64,000 bases of DNA from the human T2T-CHM13v2.0 reference genome, Homo sapiens: NCBI RefSeq assembly GCF_009914755.1, contig NC_060931.1. One strand, 5' to 3'. This document shows, piece after piece, positions 25,897 to 41,106 of the stretch. The first letter of the stretch is position 1. Each line of letters starts with the position of its first letter. The notes under the pieces were generated by a model that was not told the DNA's origin, did no database searches, and worked only from the letters and a program-made list of their open reading frames with translations. The translations under genes were made by a program, and so were the position numbers.

Positions 25897-26200
25897 CCTC
25901 CCATATCATCCAATCACCTCCCACTAGGTCCCACCTCCAACGCTGGGAATTACAATTCCATATGAGATTTGGGCAGGGATACATATCCAAACTGTATCAT
26001 CAACTATTTTTGCAACTACTATGTGAGTCTAAAATTATTTCAAATTAAAAAATAAAGGCAAAACCCATCAAACTTACAGATTATTATGTGATTTAAAGTT
26101 CCTATCTCTCTCATTCTGTATGTGTGTGTATACATTACACGTATATATCTCAGATAGCTAAATGCATGTGCTTGTTTGACATACAGGTGTGTTGCTGTTG

Positions 26201-26496
26201 TTTTTTTTTTTTTTAAATTTTTATATATTTTTTAATTTGTTGAGATCACCCAAGGTGAAATGCAGTGACACGATCTGGACTCACTGCAACCTCCGCCTCC
26301 TGGGCTCAAGCAATTCTCATGCCTCAGCCTCCTGAGTAGCTGGGATCACAGGTGTGTGCTACCACGCCTGGCTAATTTTTGCCTTTTTAGTAGAGACAGG
26401 GTTTCACCATGTTGGCCAGGACGGTCTGGAATGCCTGACCTCAAGTGATCCACCTGCCTCAGCATCCCAAAGTGCTGGGTGCCACCGTGCCCAGCC
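26201..26496 (-). mobile_element. AluS with small internal deletions
   Basis: Antisense Alu body and T-rich tail. Confidence 0.9.
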
Positions 26497-27949
26497 TGAC
26501 ATCGTTTTTATGGATTTCAAAATATAAATGTATTTACATTGTTTGAAAGTTCATAGTGTATATAAAATTGAAGATAGGATCCTGAGATACGTATGAAAGC
26601 ATTATAATGCACAGGTGTTTGTGTGAAACATAGATTGTATCTGAGGAGAAAGAAATGACAGTAGAATACTAATATCAAAAATATATAAATAAGATGATAG
26701 GATCCCAAAGTATAATTTTGTTTGCTTTTTAGACTAACAAAATATTACCACATCTAAATAAATGAAAAACATGAATGACATATGCTTTTTCCATCGATTT
26801 AATTTTTGTTAACAAATATAAAATGTTTTAGAATTTTACTTATAGAATTCAAAAATGTTTCCTTCATATTTATAATAATACTTAAATATGGAAATGAATA
26901 CATCATCTCAAATAACACTGAGTTCATTCTTGGAATGTCTTTTTTTTTTTCTGTTAGAGATTTTCTTTCATTTTCTTTTTATTTTTCCCCAGGATGCTAT
27001 CATGCCTACGTTTCTCCTGGTTAGTTTCACAGGATATTTTCCAAAGAGAACTTGAATAAAACAGACTTGATTACCACTGTTTTATTCTCAAAATAAGCTA
27101 ATGGCTATTAAGACTTGTTCCTTGATTTGAGGGGGCTTTTTGGTATACTTATTCAAAAAGGCAGATTCAAAATAAGCTCTCTACTTCTTTATTCCTCAGA
27201 ATCTCTGTTTGTATGTAATTGGCTAACAAAACCCATTGCTTATTAGCTTTGTCTCAGTGCTAAAAAAAAAAAAAAAAGTCCTTAAAATTATTGCAAACCT
27301 GCATCTGTCACACCTGATTACTCCAGGAGGAAAAACAAAACAAAACAGAACAGAAAAAAAAAAAAACAAAAAAAAGAAAAAAAAAAACTTGCTTTGGATA
27401 ACATTTTATGACAATAGCTTTGCATCAGGGGACTTACTTATCTTCAATGTGTGCTCTATTCCTCATGTCACTCTTTCTTCCCCTTAATTGAGGAAAATGT
27501 GTTCAGAAGTTAAAGTTGTGGCCATCTATTTAAAGTTTTATATTATTCAGCTTAGAAAACAAATAAAATTTTCATACGTACAAGGGAATATAGCATCACT
27601 CAAGTAATGCCCATCACATTGCACAAGAAGTGGATAATCTTTCATTACAAAAGAAAAGATGGAAACTGCATAGATCTTCTGTAAATCAGAAGCTGTATAA
27701 CCAGCTACTTAACTCAAATTCTAAAAGCCACCTAATGTTTGTATGTGGATGACACCAATATAACAAACATATTGCTTCAATTAAGTCAATTATGTTAATT
27801 TGTTGAAAAGAATCTGTTAACTGAATCATTCAGTATCCCTTAAACAAAACATAGGGTGATAATTTTGCAAATTATTATTTCAACTTATTGAGTTGGCAAC
27901 GTATGAACAAAAGGCAACCTGCATCTATGTTTTAGGATAAGTAATTAGG

Positions 27950-29950
<2,001 letters not shown>

Positions 29951-31086
29951 TGGCTTCTGTAGACCCAAGAATTGTCACTTATTTTAGCTCTTCTATATTT
30001 TGAAGAAACATTACCTGGTATTAATCATCCAATAGATAATAAAAATGGAAGCATATGAAATTGAGGAAGAGTAAAATTGTTAATGCTCAAATCAGACATT
30101 ACATTTAGTATTAGAATTATTAATATTTCATGGCATAAATTTATCCAACTAAAGAATTTCACATTTTGAAAAAGATAAAATTGAAAGATGGTAATTTACC
30201 TTGCTATCACAAATAATTCTCACATTAACTAAAACTTGATAATTTTGTTGATTGTATGCTTATAAAAAGCTCTTGGTTCCACATTCAGAAAAATATTTTA
30301 TCCCAAGTACTTTCCAAAGAGTATATCATCATATTTGCTGCCATTAATACTTAACAAATACCTGCGAAAAGCAATGGTTTTGGAGGGTAACCTGAGGGCA
30401 GTATAATCTATCTGTTCTTCTAGATACTGTAAACAATTTCTAGAGTAAGCTTGTCAGTAGGGAGCTGAATATCTATCTGCATCAAAAGTGTTGGTTACTG
30501 CTATAAATTTGTGTTTACTGAGCTGAGGTTTGGCATTTTTCCATGGGGCTACATTGAGGAAAACTGTAATGTATTTCCTATGAAATTTGTTGCTGTTTTT
30601 ATATGGATTTTCTTGAACACTTCATTCTTTATGTAGCATAGTTTCTTTTATGTGAGGATTTGGGAAGTTTCTTTCTGGGCTCAGTACCTTGAGTATTATG
30701 CTTCTGCAAGCAACTGGTTAGATTTTATTTAAGATGAGCCTTGAAACTAATTCTGTCTGCATTTATGTGATATGCCAGAAATTTTAAAGCCAAATTTTTA
30801 GACACCCTCCTATGCAACAATTGTTTTTGGTTTTTCATATTTTTATCAAGCTAGTACATAGATAAGTATTTTTAATCAATTTGTAGAGAAATAAGTTCAT
30901 TTAACGGTAAAGTTCTTTTTCCCCAATATCTTCTTATTTCCTGTTCCACTCTCCCTTTATACTTTTATATCAATTTGTTCGCTTATAAATGTAGAATTTG
31001 CCTATTGGTTAATGACTTCTTGGGTCAATTACTAGTTAGCTGACTTACTTTTCCACACATCTGACTACTTTTAGAAGTTATATTAA

Positions 31087-31239
31087 GGCCAGGCATGATG
31101 ATTCATGTCTGTAATCCTAGCACTTTAAGAGGCCAAGGTGGGAGGATTGCTTGAGCCCAGGGGTTTGAGGCTGCAGTGAGCTGTGATTACACCACTGCAC
31201 TTCAGCCTGGGCTACAGCGCAAGACCCTGCCTCAAAAAA
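31087..31239 (+). mobile_element. Alu monomer (FAM/FRAM-like or internally deleted AluJ)
   Basis: Left-arm start (cctagcacttt) runs directly into right-arm end (gctgcagtgagctgtgat...gaccctg). Confidence 0.85.
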
Positions 31240-31639
31240 TATATATAATAGATATTTTTAATTCTCTATTGGTTAATTTTATTACATTTAATAATATACT
31301 TACAAATAGGTCTACTCTTCTGTCAAATTTTGGTAATATAATTTGACTCTTCACTTGGAAGATGAGTATATTATTTACCACATTATTTCTTCTACATTTT
31401 CGTATCCATTTCTACCTCCAAACCTCTGCTTCTTAGGTTGTATTTTAACATTGCCAAGATTGATAATGTTAGATTTGTATTTCTGTTTGTCTAAATATTT
31501 ATTTAACATATCACAAAATGGATAGCATTTATCTAATTATTTTCATCCTTTCTTATGGCTTGACATGAAGGATAAAGAAAAAATTATAGGAGGTTTGGAA
31601 AGAAAAATAATATATTTGAGTAAAATTTAAAATAGATTT

Positions 31640-32515
31640 CTGATGCTATATTAGATTATCATCTGAAAAAATTTATTTGTCAATATCTTAGAAATTCAAA
31701 TATGCATCCATTATATAATCCAGAAATTCTTCTCCTAGGCATTTGTAACAAATGCTCACAGCAATTTTATTTGTAATAGTAAAAAAACCTGGAAACATCC
31801 CAGTATCTATCAATACAAAAATGGGTACAGGTTATAGTAAACTTAGACAATGAAATAGTACACAGAAAAATAGAAATGTGCTACTGATAATAACGATATG
31901 AGGGAATCTTAACAAAATTGTTCTGAGTGAAAGAAGCCAGTGATGTTTGATTACTTTATTATGAAGTTCAAGAAAAGTCACAATTGGCTGGGTGCAGAGG
32001 CCCATGCCTGTAATCCCAGCACTTTGGGAGGCCAAGCTGGGCAGATCACTTGAGGTCAGGAGTTCCAGACCAGCCTGGGCAATGTGGTGAAACCTCATCT
32101 CTACTAAAAATACAAAAATTAGCCGGGCGTGGTGGCCTGTGCCTGTAGTCCCAGCTACTCAGGAGGCTGAGGTGGAAGAATCACTTGAACCTGGGAGATG
32201 GAGGTTTCTGTGAGTTGAGACCATGCCACTGCATTCCAGCCCGGACAACAGAAAAAGACTCTGTCAAAACAAAAGGCAAAATTAACTATGGTTATAGAAA
32301 TCAGAAAAGTGTATACACACGGTGAGGAGTGGCATTAATTGAAAAGAATATTGACTGAGGGGATTGATGAGACTAATTTCTGGGATAATAAAATGTTCTA
32401 TATCTTGATAGGGAGTGAGGGTCACGTGAGTGATCACATTTCTCAAAACTAATCAAACTATTCACTGGTTTTCAGTTTACTGTATTAAAAATTATTATCA
32501 TTCTTTTTAAAAAAA
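31640..32515 (+). mobile_element. L1ME/MB 3' fragment, interrupted by an Alu
   Basis: cagcaattttatttgtaatag, gagtgaaagaagccag, aatgttctatatcttgat. Confidence 0.65.
31986..32273 (+). mobile_element. AluS
   Basis: Full dimer; TSD-like aaaagtcacaatt/aaaaggcaaaatt. Confidence 0.95.
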
Positions 32516-32654
32516 TGACGTATTGCTCCCTGAACAGTCTGCAGTTTCACTGAGAGATCAAATAGTAAACATTATAATTTTACTATTCATTATAAAATGT
32601 ATTATGATATAGGTAAGCACAGAATTTCAGAATGAGCATCAAGTAACCCCACTA

Positions 32655-32975
32655 TGCATTTATCAAATCTGTTTCACTTTCCTTCTGTGGCACATATTCC
32701 AGTCTCTTGGACACTAAGGTTAAGATCAATATGATACATGACCAATGGAATGTATGCAGAAGTGATATTTTCTTCATCAAATCTGGCCATAAATCCTAAG
32801 TTCATTCCTATATGTTTGTCTTCTGTTTCTGTGGTGGACTTGAGAATCAGATGTTGATGACAAAAACCAAATGAAGTGAGCCCGGATCCCTGAATGACTA
32901 TGTGGAACAGTGCTCCTCTGTCCTTTTCTTTCTATACTGAAATGTGATGTGGGCAAAAATCAATCATGTATTATA
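32655..32975 (+). mobile_element. MLT1J/I-like MaLR LTR fragment
   Basis: ccaatggaatgtatgcagaagtgat...ggatccctgaatgactatgtggaacag. Confidence 0.7.
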
Positions 32976-32985
32976 GTAAAACGCT

Positions 32986-33135
32986 GGAAAGAAGGAAACA
33001 AGAAAGGAGGGGAGGAAGGAAATAAAGAAGAAAAGAAAGATGGAAGGAAGGAAAGAAAGAGAGAAAAAAAGGAGAGAGAAAAAGGAAGGAAGTTGGAGAG
33101 AAGGAAGAAGAGGGAGTCAGAGAGTAAGAAAAGAA
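32986..33135. repeat. GA-rich low-complexity tract
   Basis: Direct reading. Confidence 0.85.
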
Positions 33136-33497
33136 TTGATGGTTCTTCTGCCAGTGACTTAGACTGGAGATAAATAAACTATGGGAGGCAATAAAGCCAT
33201 TAAAAAGACAGTCCACTTGTTGAGTAGGCTGAGAACAAATGATCACAAAGAAGGAAACCTATTGAATACCATCATCATGTGATGCCCCTAAAGAATAAAG
33301 AGAAGGAATCAAGAATCAGATTTTTAAGATTTTACTTTATTAATTTTCAAAGTCAAATTATTGCTTGCAAAATAATGCTGTTCTTAATGCTTCTAGTACG
33401 ATTATTCTAAAATGCTTTCACAACATTGACAACATTAAGAAGACAAGATGTATTTATTTGGGTAAAGAGCAGTAGGGTCTAGAGAGGATATTGCTGC

Positions 33498-33549
<52 letters not shown>
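33498..33549. repeat. (TA)n microsatellite
   Basis: Direct reading. Confidence 0.95.
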
Positions 33550-33551
<2 letters not shown>

Positions 33552-34173
33552 AATATGTTGGCATGTCTCACAATGTTTGACATGATTTTGCAATAAAAAA
33601 GAGTGTATTTTTAGCATAGTTCAAGTGAATTACCCAAGTGAACAAGCTAAATTTGATTGGGGTGGGGGGTTAATTTTTACATCTCTCCTGGCAGTTCTCT
33701 CAAGATTTTTCCATGATTGTTTTCTTTTTATCCCATGATCTCTGACATCTAGCCACATTACATAATTATAACGACATCCCCCTACAACTAGGAAACCCTT
33801 ACACATTACCCTGGTGTCTTTTTGAGTCAGTCTAGCATGCTCTATTTTTTTTCCTGTAAGATATTATCAAATATATGGTTTTTAACTACCAATGGTAATA
33901 GAACTGGTTTTTGTACATCCAGAAATAACAAGACCTATGAAATGTAGATAGATGGGAATTTGGAAATGCACATTTATATTCATTTACTTAAGCACATTTA
34001 TTGACCACTGAACACTGTGGTCATCAGATACACAGGGACCAAAGAGGTATGGTCTGAAACCTCACAGCTGACTTACATACTTCTGAATCAGTTAGGGAGT
34101 TAATCAAAAACATAATGAAGTAATCACAATTGAGTGAAGAGGGGAAAAAAAAAAAAAAAACACAGGATGCTCT

Positions 34174-35473
34174 TGATACAGGCAAACTCCCAAATTGGGG
34201 CTTAGCCAGGAGAGTTATTGGCTTCATACAGGAAAGAACTCAAGAGTACACCAACAGAATAAAGTGCAAGCAAAGCAAGTTTATTAGAGTAACAGAGTAG
34301 GGAAAAACGGCTGCTCCATAGACAGAGCAGGACATATGCAGAGTAGCACTTGTAGATTGCTGGCTAGCTATATTTATAGCTACTCCTTAATTATATGCTA
34401 AATAAGGGCCAGGTAATTCATGAATTTTCTAGAAAAGGAGTGGGGACTTCCTGGAACCAAGGATTCCTCTCTTTTTATACCATGTAAGGTAATTTCCGGG
34501 CATTGCCATGCCATCTGTAAACTGTCTTGGTGCTGGCAGGAGTGCCTTTTAGCAAGCTAATGAAATATAATTTGTGGATAACAAACAATGAGGACAACTA
34601 GAGGTTGCTTTCTTTGCCGTCTTCGTTTTAGCTTGTTTATTTTCTGCATTTGAAACAGGAGTTTTCCCTTTTCCTCTTCACAGGGCAAGTGATAGGGGTG
34701 TGGCTCACTTCTTCAGTGCTCCCCTGCTCAAACCCATAGGGAGAGCGTGCAGATGGGCATGTCATGGAGCTCAAACCCCATGGCGGTGTCTAGGGTTTAG
34801 TGTTTACAGCTCCTGAAGCCCTAGTGGGTGTGTGTTACCTTGTGCTCTCTTAGTTTTGCCATCTGCAGGTGGCTTGTGTTAATCGGTTCAATTAGACCCC
34901 CTGCCTTACTGCAAGGACAGAGAGCTTTCTGTACCCTGGGTTCTTGCCTTGGTGTATCAGAAAAATCGGATCACATGTGGTCTTCAAGAATGGGTGTAAG
35001 GTTTTACTGAATGGAGGCGGGTCTCAGCGAGGTGGATGGGGAGGTCAGAAGGGGGATGGAGTGGGAAGCTGGTCCTCCCCTGGAGCTGGGCCACCCAGCT
35101 GCCAGACTCTCCTCCAGCGTCCCTTGGCTGAATCCGGTGTGCTTTTCCACTCCTCTGCTCCTCTCGATGTCCAGACACTTGTGGCTGTGTCCACTAGGGT
35201 CTCAGGGTTTTTGTAGGCACAGGATGAAGGGTGTGGAGGGCCAGAGTGGTCTTAGAAAATGCAACATTTGAGCGCAAAAACAGAAATGCCTGTCTGCACT
35301 TAGTTCCGTGGGCACAGGCCCCAGGGTGGAGCCCCCACCAGGGACCCTGCCCTTCTCTATCCAGCACTTCTCTGCCCTCCTCCCATATCGCATTCTGTTT
35401 TGACCAGATCCTGCTTTAATCAGTAGAGTCCTGACTGGTGCTCAGAAAAAAAGTCCTGCTGATCTCCTACTAT
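34174..35473 (-). mobile_element. ERV1 solo LTR (MER66-like, MER41-related), split by a nested LTR
   Basis: aaagcaagtttattag, ctgctccatagacagagcag, cattgccatg; resumes after 35394 and ends gtcctgctgatctcctac. Confidence 0.75.
34651..35390 (-). mobile_element. ERV1 solo LTR (LTR27/LTR28-like) nested in the MER66-like LTR
   Basis: tgaaacagga...cccttctctatccagcacttc...cccatatcg; 4-bp TSD catt (34647-34650, 35391-35394). Confidence 0.8.
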
Positions 35474-36424
35474 GAGGCACCCTATGGAACGAGGGGATTG
35501 AGGGGTGGCGAGGCAAGGTCCCTCCTGTCAGGAAGTGCTGTCTGAGCTGAGTCCTACAAGATGTGGAAGGCCAGCCAGATGAAACTAATGAGCAGAGACT
35601 CCAGGGGAAGAGGCCAGATTGGAAGGGTAACAGGTGCAGTATTTTATGAAGGTCCTTCTTATCTTCCTGCCTCAGCAGGGAATATAGCTAGTCCTGGAAA
35701 CTCACATCAAGGCCGCAAAATGGAAAATCTATTTCTACATTTTGACATAAGTTGTTAGCATGGGGAAAATAAAATCTAAAATCTGGCAAGAAATAAAATT
35801 TCAATTAAAGGGAAGTGATTGTAATGATCACAGGTTTAGTATATTAACATAAAGAATAGTCAATATGTGTTTCAATGCCACAGAGTCATTTTATGTTTTA
35901 AGCAAGTAAGATCTCTCACTTTAGGGAACATTCACGTCATTCTCACATAAGTTCCCACCTATGAGACCTGTTGTCAGTAGCGAAAAGCTCTTCCTAGATT
36001 TAGTTACACAATAGCTAATTGTTTTAGGCACTTTTTTTTAGTCTTAAGTAAAACCTTTACATGAAGATACAGAGTCTCATTCATTCGCTATAGGAGCTTG
36101 TGATCTTTTATGTTAGGTCTCCTAAAAAGTGAGGATTTAGTTAGGAATAAATATACTTATTCTCATCATAAAATAATTTGTGTTACACTTCAAACCCCAT
36201 AATAGTAAATTTGAGAAAAAAAAAATGTTAGTTCATGCATCATACATAGCATACTTCTAGTACTTTATATAGTCTCCTCCAGTTTGATAAATTATATTTT
36301 CCAAGTGATTACAAAATACTTTTCCAAAGTTTACTGGTTCTTAACTGTCAACTGGCTGGAAAGTCTTAGACTTGTGCATCCTGTCTAACTTGCAAGAAAG
36401 ATTTAATTTCAAAGACTCTTAGTC

Positions 36425-36630
36425 CATGGGCTGGCAAACTGTAGCCCATGGGACAAATCTTGTCCACGCCTGTTCTTTTAAAGTTTGTGAGCTATGAATA
36501 ATTTTTACATTTCACAAGTGTATTTTTTAAAAAAAGGAAGAATAATAATATGGGACAGAGGAGCATGTGACCTGCAAAGCCTAAAATATTTACTGTCTGG
36601 TACTTTGCAGAAATGCTTTGCTTCACTACC
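36425..36630 (+). mobile_element. MER58-type hAT DNA transposon
   Basis: ggcaaactgtagcccatggg...gcaaagcctaaaatatttactgtctgg; 8-bp TSD tcttagtc/tcttagac. Confidence 0.85.
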
Positions 36631-37786
36631 TCTTAGACCATCTGAAATATTGTTTTAGCTAGAAAAAACAGTGCACCTAGTGGAAAATTTTCAGTTATTA
36701 AAACTTCAGGGATGTTTATTCTAAAATTAACATTGTGGATGACTTACAATATGTTAAAAAAGTTCTAAATTTTGGTATGTATTTGTACAATTTATAAGAC
36801 AAGAACTCTAAAAGTAGAACCATAGGTTTAACATTTTATTATATTGATTTTAACTTTCCTTAACATCAAGCTTTGTGAGATACATATATGCTATCTTAAT
36901 TATAATAATAAACCCTATTCTAAGCATATATACAAATCACTGCCTCTAAGAGAGATTTAATAGCCAGAACATGAAATTCACAAGTTGTTGTAAATGGATT
37001 TTTTATTCTTTCAATGATAAATTTGGCTGGCATTTTTTATGTATCTGCAAAGCACTTGTATACTATTTGTCTAAATGAAGGTTTGATTATAAAGAGTATT
37101 GTTCTATGCAAGAAAGATTCAACTTTGCTTTAAGTTTTTAATTTTTGATGCAGGTTTCCAAATCTTAAAGATTGTATAAAAACTCAGCTGTGTATCTTTT
37201 TTTCCTTTTCACACCTATATGAAAAACTGTAAATGAGTTTTTAAAAGAGCCAAGTGATATGAAAAAATGCTCCTTTTCAAGACCTATGATAGTTTATTCT
37301 TTACTTTAGTATTTACTAAATAAGATGCCCCCTAGCTGACAAATTCTTCTTTCCTTTTAGGAAACAGTGTCATTCAAACTTTTAAATTACTTGTATTAAA
37401 ACTGCAGAGGACTTTGGGTGCTGATAATCACAAAAGAAGCTTGATTTAGGTAAATGTGTGAGAAAACATAATATTATTGATTTTGTAAAAATTTGTAGAA
37501 ATAAAAAATAAGGAGAGAAGTAAAATATGAACACTATATTAGATGTACTATCTAATAAATAGACCAGATATCAAATGTGTATCTAAAAAGTGATATGATA
37601 AAAAGCATCCATCAGACTTTAAATTTGATATTCAAATATATAACATTAAATATCAAAAATAAAATATATTGTATATAAATGGGAAGATATTTATTTCTAG
37701 TTGACAATTTGATTCTCAAATGAAGAGAGTGGAAGAACTTGTTACTTTGTCCCAAGTTTGTCTTTACTAGGTATTCGACATCCAGT

Positions 37787-38020
<234 letters not shown>

Positions 38021-38368
38021 ACTTCTCTGAGTCTGTTTCCTGATTTGAAAAAATAGCATCCCTGACAATTTTAGAGTTTTCTTTGAGGCACAAACAATAC
38101 AGACTATACTAGAACCGTTTAAATAATAGATATATACATGTTAGACGTTGTTTTTATTAAATCAACGGCTACATCTCCTTTTATGTTTCCTACCTTATCA
38201 AATACTGATATTTATGGAGACATTTCACATATATTTACAGCTTTGTAATCAAGACAATCAATGGTTCACGCCTATGGTATTCTTTTGAAATATTTAAAGC
38301 TTCAGTTAGGAAAATGTCTTAAATCTCAATATGCTTGGATGAAAGAAGTGGAAAAATCACAATCTATT

Positions 38369-38530
38369 GGCACACACCTATAGTCCTAGCTACTCAGGAG
38401 GCTAAGGTGGGAGGATCGTTTGATCACAGGAATTCAAGGGTTACAGTTAGCTATGACTGTGCCACTGTACTCTAGCCTGGGTGATAGAGCCAGACCCTGT
38501 CTCTAAAAATAAAATATAACAATAAAAATA
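38369..38530 (+). mobile_element. Alu right-arm fragment (FRAM/AluJ)
   Basis: tagtcctagctactcaggaggc...gaccctgtctctaaaaa. Confidence 0.85.
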
Positions 38531-39194
38531 ACAACAGAAGCACAAACTATTGATTTTGAGAATCCTGAAGAAAATATATAGCATGCATTTTTCCATAAGT
38601 AAAGCAAAGGCAAACCTTAGGTAAAGCACTATTATTCTAAACCTCAAATGTCCAATAACATCTTTTAATTTTGCTGGTGAAATCTCAAATGCAGTATATC
38701 TAAATCTTCACTAATTATCTTTCCCTTCAAATATTGTTGTATTAGTCAATGTTATTTCAGTTGCTCAGAAACAAACAAATAAGGAAACAGATCAAATAAT
38801 CCAAAACACCTTAGCAAGCTCTGGATTTAGATTTCTCAAATGATGTCATCGCAGATGTGCTTACTTTGTCTTTCTCTGACTTCCACTCCTTTGTAATATC
38901 AAAATGGCCAACAGAAGCTCAGTGGGAAGAGCACCTCCATTCCTGCAGTTTTGTTTGTTTTCTTTTCACTCAGCGTGCATTGGAGATCCCAAGGTGTGGT
39001 AGCTGTCCTGCTGTTCTTCCACACCAATGTTCCAAACCTCTCCTCCCTGAACAACCTCTGAAGCACTTGTGGCCATATTATTTCATCTATCATTTTGTAT
39101 TTTACATTATGCAATGGTCTTCTACTATCTTCTTGGGAATTTCTCTTTACTCAGAGAGGGGGATTTTAGTGCTTTCATTGTTAAAAATTATAAG

Positions 39195-39422
39195 ATGTAT
39201 AACTTTCTTGCTTAAAACTCTCTAGTAGATTTCCCTTCCAGCACACATAAATGAAATCTAGAGCGTGATCATAATGTACAGGCCCTCCTCATTCTGTCCT
39301 TGACCTCTCCATCTTCTCCCCTGTTCATTCCTTCTTCACACTCTTCCAACAATACTGACTTCCTTGCTACCCCCACAAACAGGCACAGTATGCTCATGCC
39401 ATTTGCCTTTCTGGCCTTTGCA
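39195..39422 (+). mobile_element. L2 fragment (continues ~40560-40700 after the L1)
   Basis: cttgcttaaaactctc...ggcctttgca; 3' end tgagtgaatgaa near 40640. Confidence 0.6.
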
Positions 39423-39574
39423 TAAACGATATATGTAATTGTATAATTATAGGATTTACATATAAAAACATATATAACAATATGTACATATTACATATAA
39501 CATAGTGTCAGTATTGTATGTGTAGGTATACATATATGTGTATGTGTGTATGTGTATATATATAGACACATATT

Positions 39575-40172
39575 CAGGTTCAGGAGTACATGTGAAGGTT
39601 TGTTACACAGGTAAACACTCATGTGACAGGGGTTTGTTGTACAGATTATTTCATCACCCAGGTATTAAGCCCAGTACCCAATAGTTATCCTTTCTGCTCC
39701 TCTCCCTCCTTCCACCCTCCACTCTCCAGGAGACCCCAGTGTCTGCTGTTTCCTTCTTTGTGTTTATTAGTTCTCATCATTTAGCTCCCACTTACAAATG
39801 AGAACATGTGGTATTTGGTTTTCTGTTCCTGCATTTGTTTGCTAAGTATAATAGACTCCAGCTCCATCTCATTCTTTTTTATTGCTGCATAATTTTCCAT
39901 GGTGTATATGTAGCACATTTTCTTCATCCAATCTGGGTTGATTCTATGCCTTTGCTATTGTGAATAGTGCCAGAGTGAACATTTGCATGCATGTGTCTTT
40001 GTGGTAGAATGATTTATATTCCTCTGAGTATATTCCCCATAATGGGATTGCTGGGTCAAATGGTAGTTTTTCTTTTAGCTCTTTGAGGAATCATCATACT
40101 GCTTTCCACAATGGTTAAACTAATTTCCATGCTCACCAACAGTGTATAAGTATTTCCTTTTCTCCAAAACCT
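39575..40172 (-). mobile_element. L1PA13-16-like 3' end
   Basis: gtacatgtgaaggtttgttac...ttagctcccactta...gagaacatgtggtatttgg; tail region decayed to TA/TG repeats at 39430-39570. Confidence 0.9.
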
Positions 40173-40543
40173 AAATGTAAAACCCAAAATTATAAAAACT
40201 CTGGAAGACAACCTAGGCAATACCATCCTGGACATAGGAATGGGCAAAGATTTCATGCCAAAGACATGAAAAGCAATCATAACAAAGCAAATATTGACAA
40301 ATGGGATCTAATTAAACCTAAGAGCTTCTGCACAGCAAAAGAAGCTGTCAACAGAGTATAACAGACAATCTATAGAATGGGAAAAATATTTGCAAACTTT
40401 GCACCTGACAAAGGTCTAATATCCAGCATCGATAAGGAACTTAAACAAATTTACAAGAGTAAAACAACCCTGCTAAAAAGTGGGAAAAGGATATGAACAG
40501 ACACTTTTCAAAAGTGGCCAACAAGCCTATGAAAAAAAGCTCA
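40167..40543 (+). mobile_element. Inverted ORF2 segment of the same L1 (5' inversion)
   Basis: Sense ORF2 text: aacctaggcaataccat...gagcttctgcacagcaaaaga...gaaaaaaagctca. Confidence 0.9.
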
Positions 40544-40799
40544 CTATGTAGTTTAATAATATAAATGCCATGAAAACTGCAACTCTGTCTACATTGTTGA
40601 TTTGAACAATATCTGCTACATAGAAGACTCTCAAATATCTCCTGAGTGAATGAAAGGTGAATGAATAAATACGTAAGTAAATGTATGAATGAAGCATTTT
40701 AGCAGAAGGGCTAAAACTGAGTCTCATTGAGTTAGGTGCCCACCCCTGGTGGTAGGGAGTAGTGTCTGCCTCTCTAGCATCATATGGATTAAGAGTGAA

Positions 40800-41106
40800 T
40801 TTTTTTTTTTTTTTTTTTTTTTTTTTGAGACAGAGTCTGGCTCTGTCACCCAGGCTGGAGTACAGTGGCGTGATTTCAACTCCCTGAAACCCCTGCCTCC
40901 TGGGTTCAAGTGATTCTCCTGCCTCAGCCTTCCAAGTAGCTGGGATTACAGGCGTGCATGACCACACCTGGCTGATTTTTGTATTTTTAGTAGAGATAGG
41001 GTATCAGCATGTTGGCCAGACTGGTCTTGAACTCCTGACCTCAAGCGATCAGCCCACCTTGGTCTCCCAAAGTGCTGTGATTACAGGTGTGAGCCACTGC
41101 GCCTGG
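40800..41106 (-). mobile_element. AluS
   Basis: Full antisense dimer with long T tail. Confidence 0.95.

Larger units (their letters stand above)
24833..25999 (-). mobile_element. MSTA/MSTB MaLR solo LTR containing a templated insertion and an Alu
   Basis: tgtattagtccattc...gagactgggtaa...catggcggaagg...gagatttggg...ccaaactgtatca; 5-bp TSD tcaac (24828-24832, 26000-26004). Confidence 0.9.
24595..26056 (+). mobile_element. L1MC-type 3' end, split by the MST LTR
   Basis: ggtggttacacgaatct...ggaactcaac | tatttttgcaact...gagtctaaaattatttcaaa. Confidence 0.7.

Noticed and set aside
25518-26048. Long Pro-rich and Gly/Arg-rich ORFs (131-152 aa)
   Set aside because: Translations of the stop-free GGGGA tract plus Alu/MST sequence.
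34828-35419. Cluster of overlapping ORFs
   Set aside because: All lie in a GC-rich LTR; no gag/pol/env similarity.
40056-40967. 74-aa and 146-aa minus-strand ORFs
   Set aside because: One spans the L1 inversion junction, the other reads from an Alu through its tail into L2; no splice or homology support.
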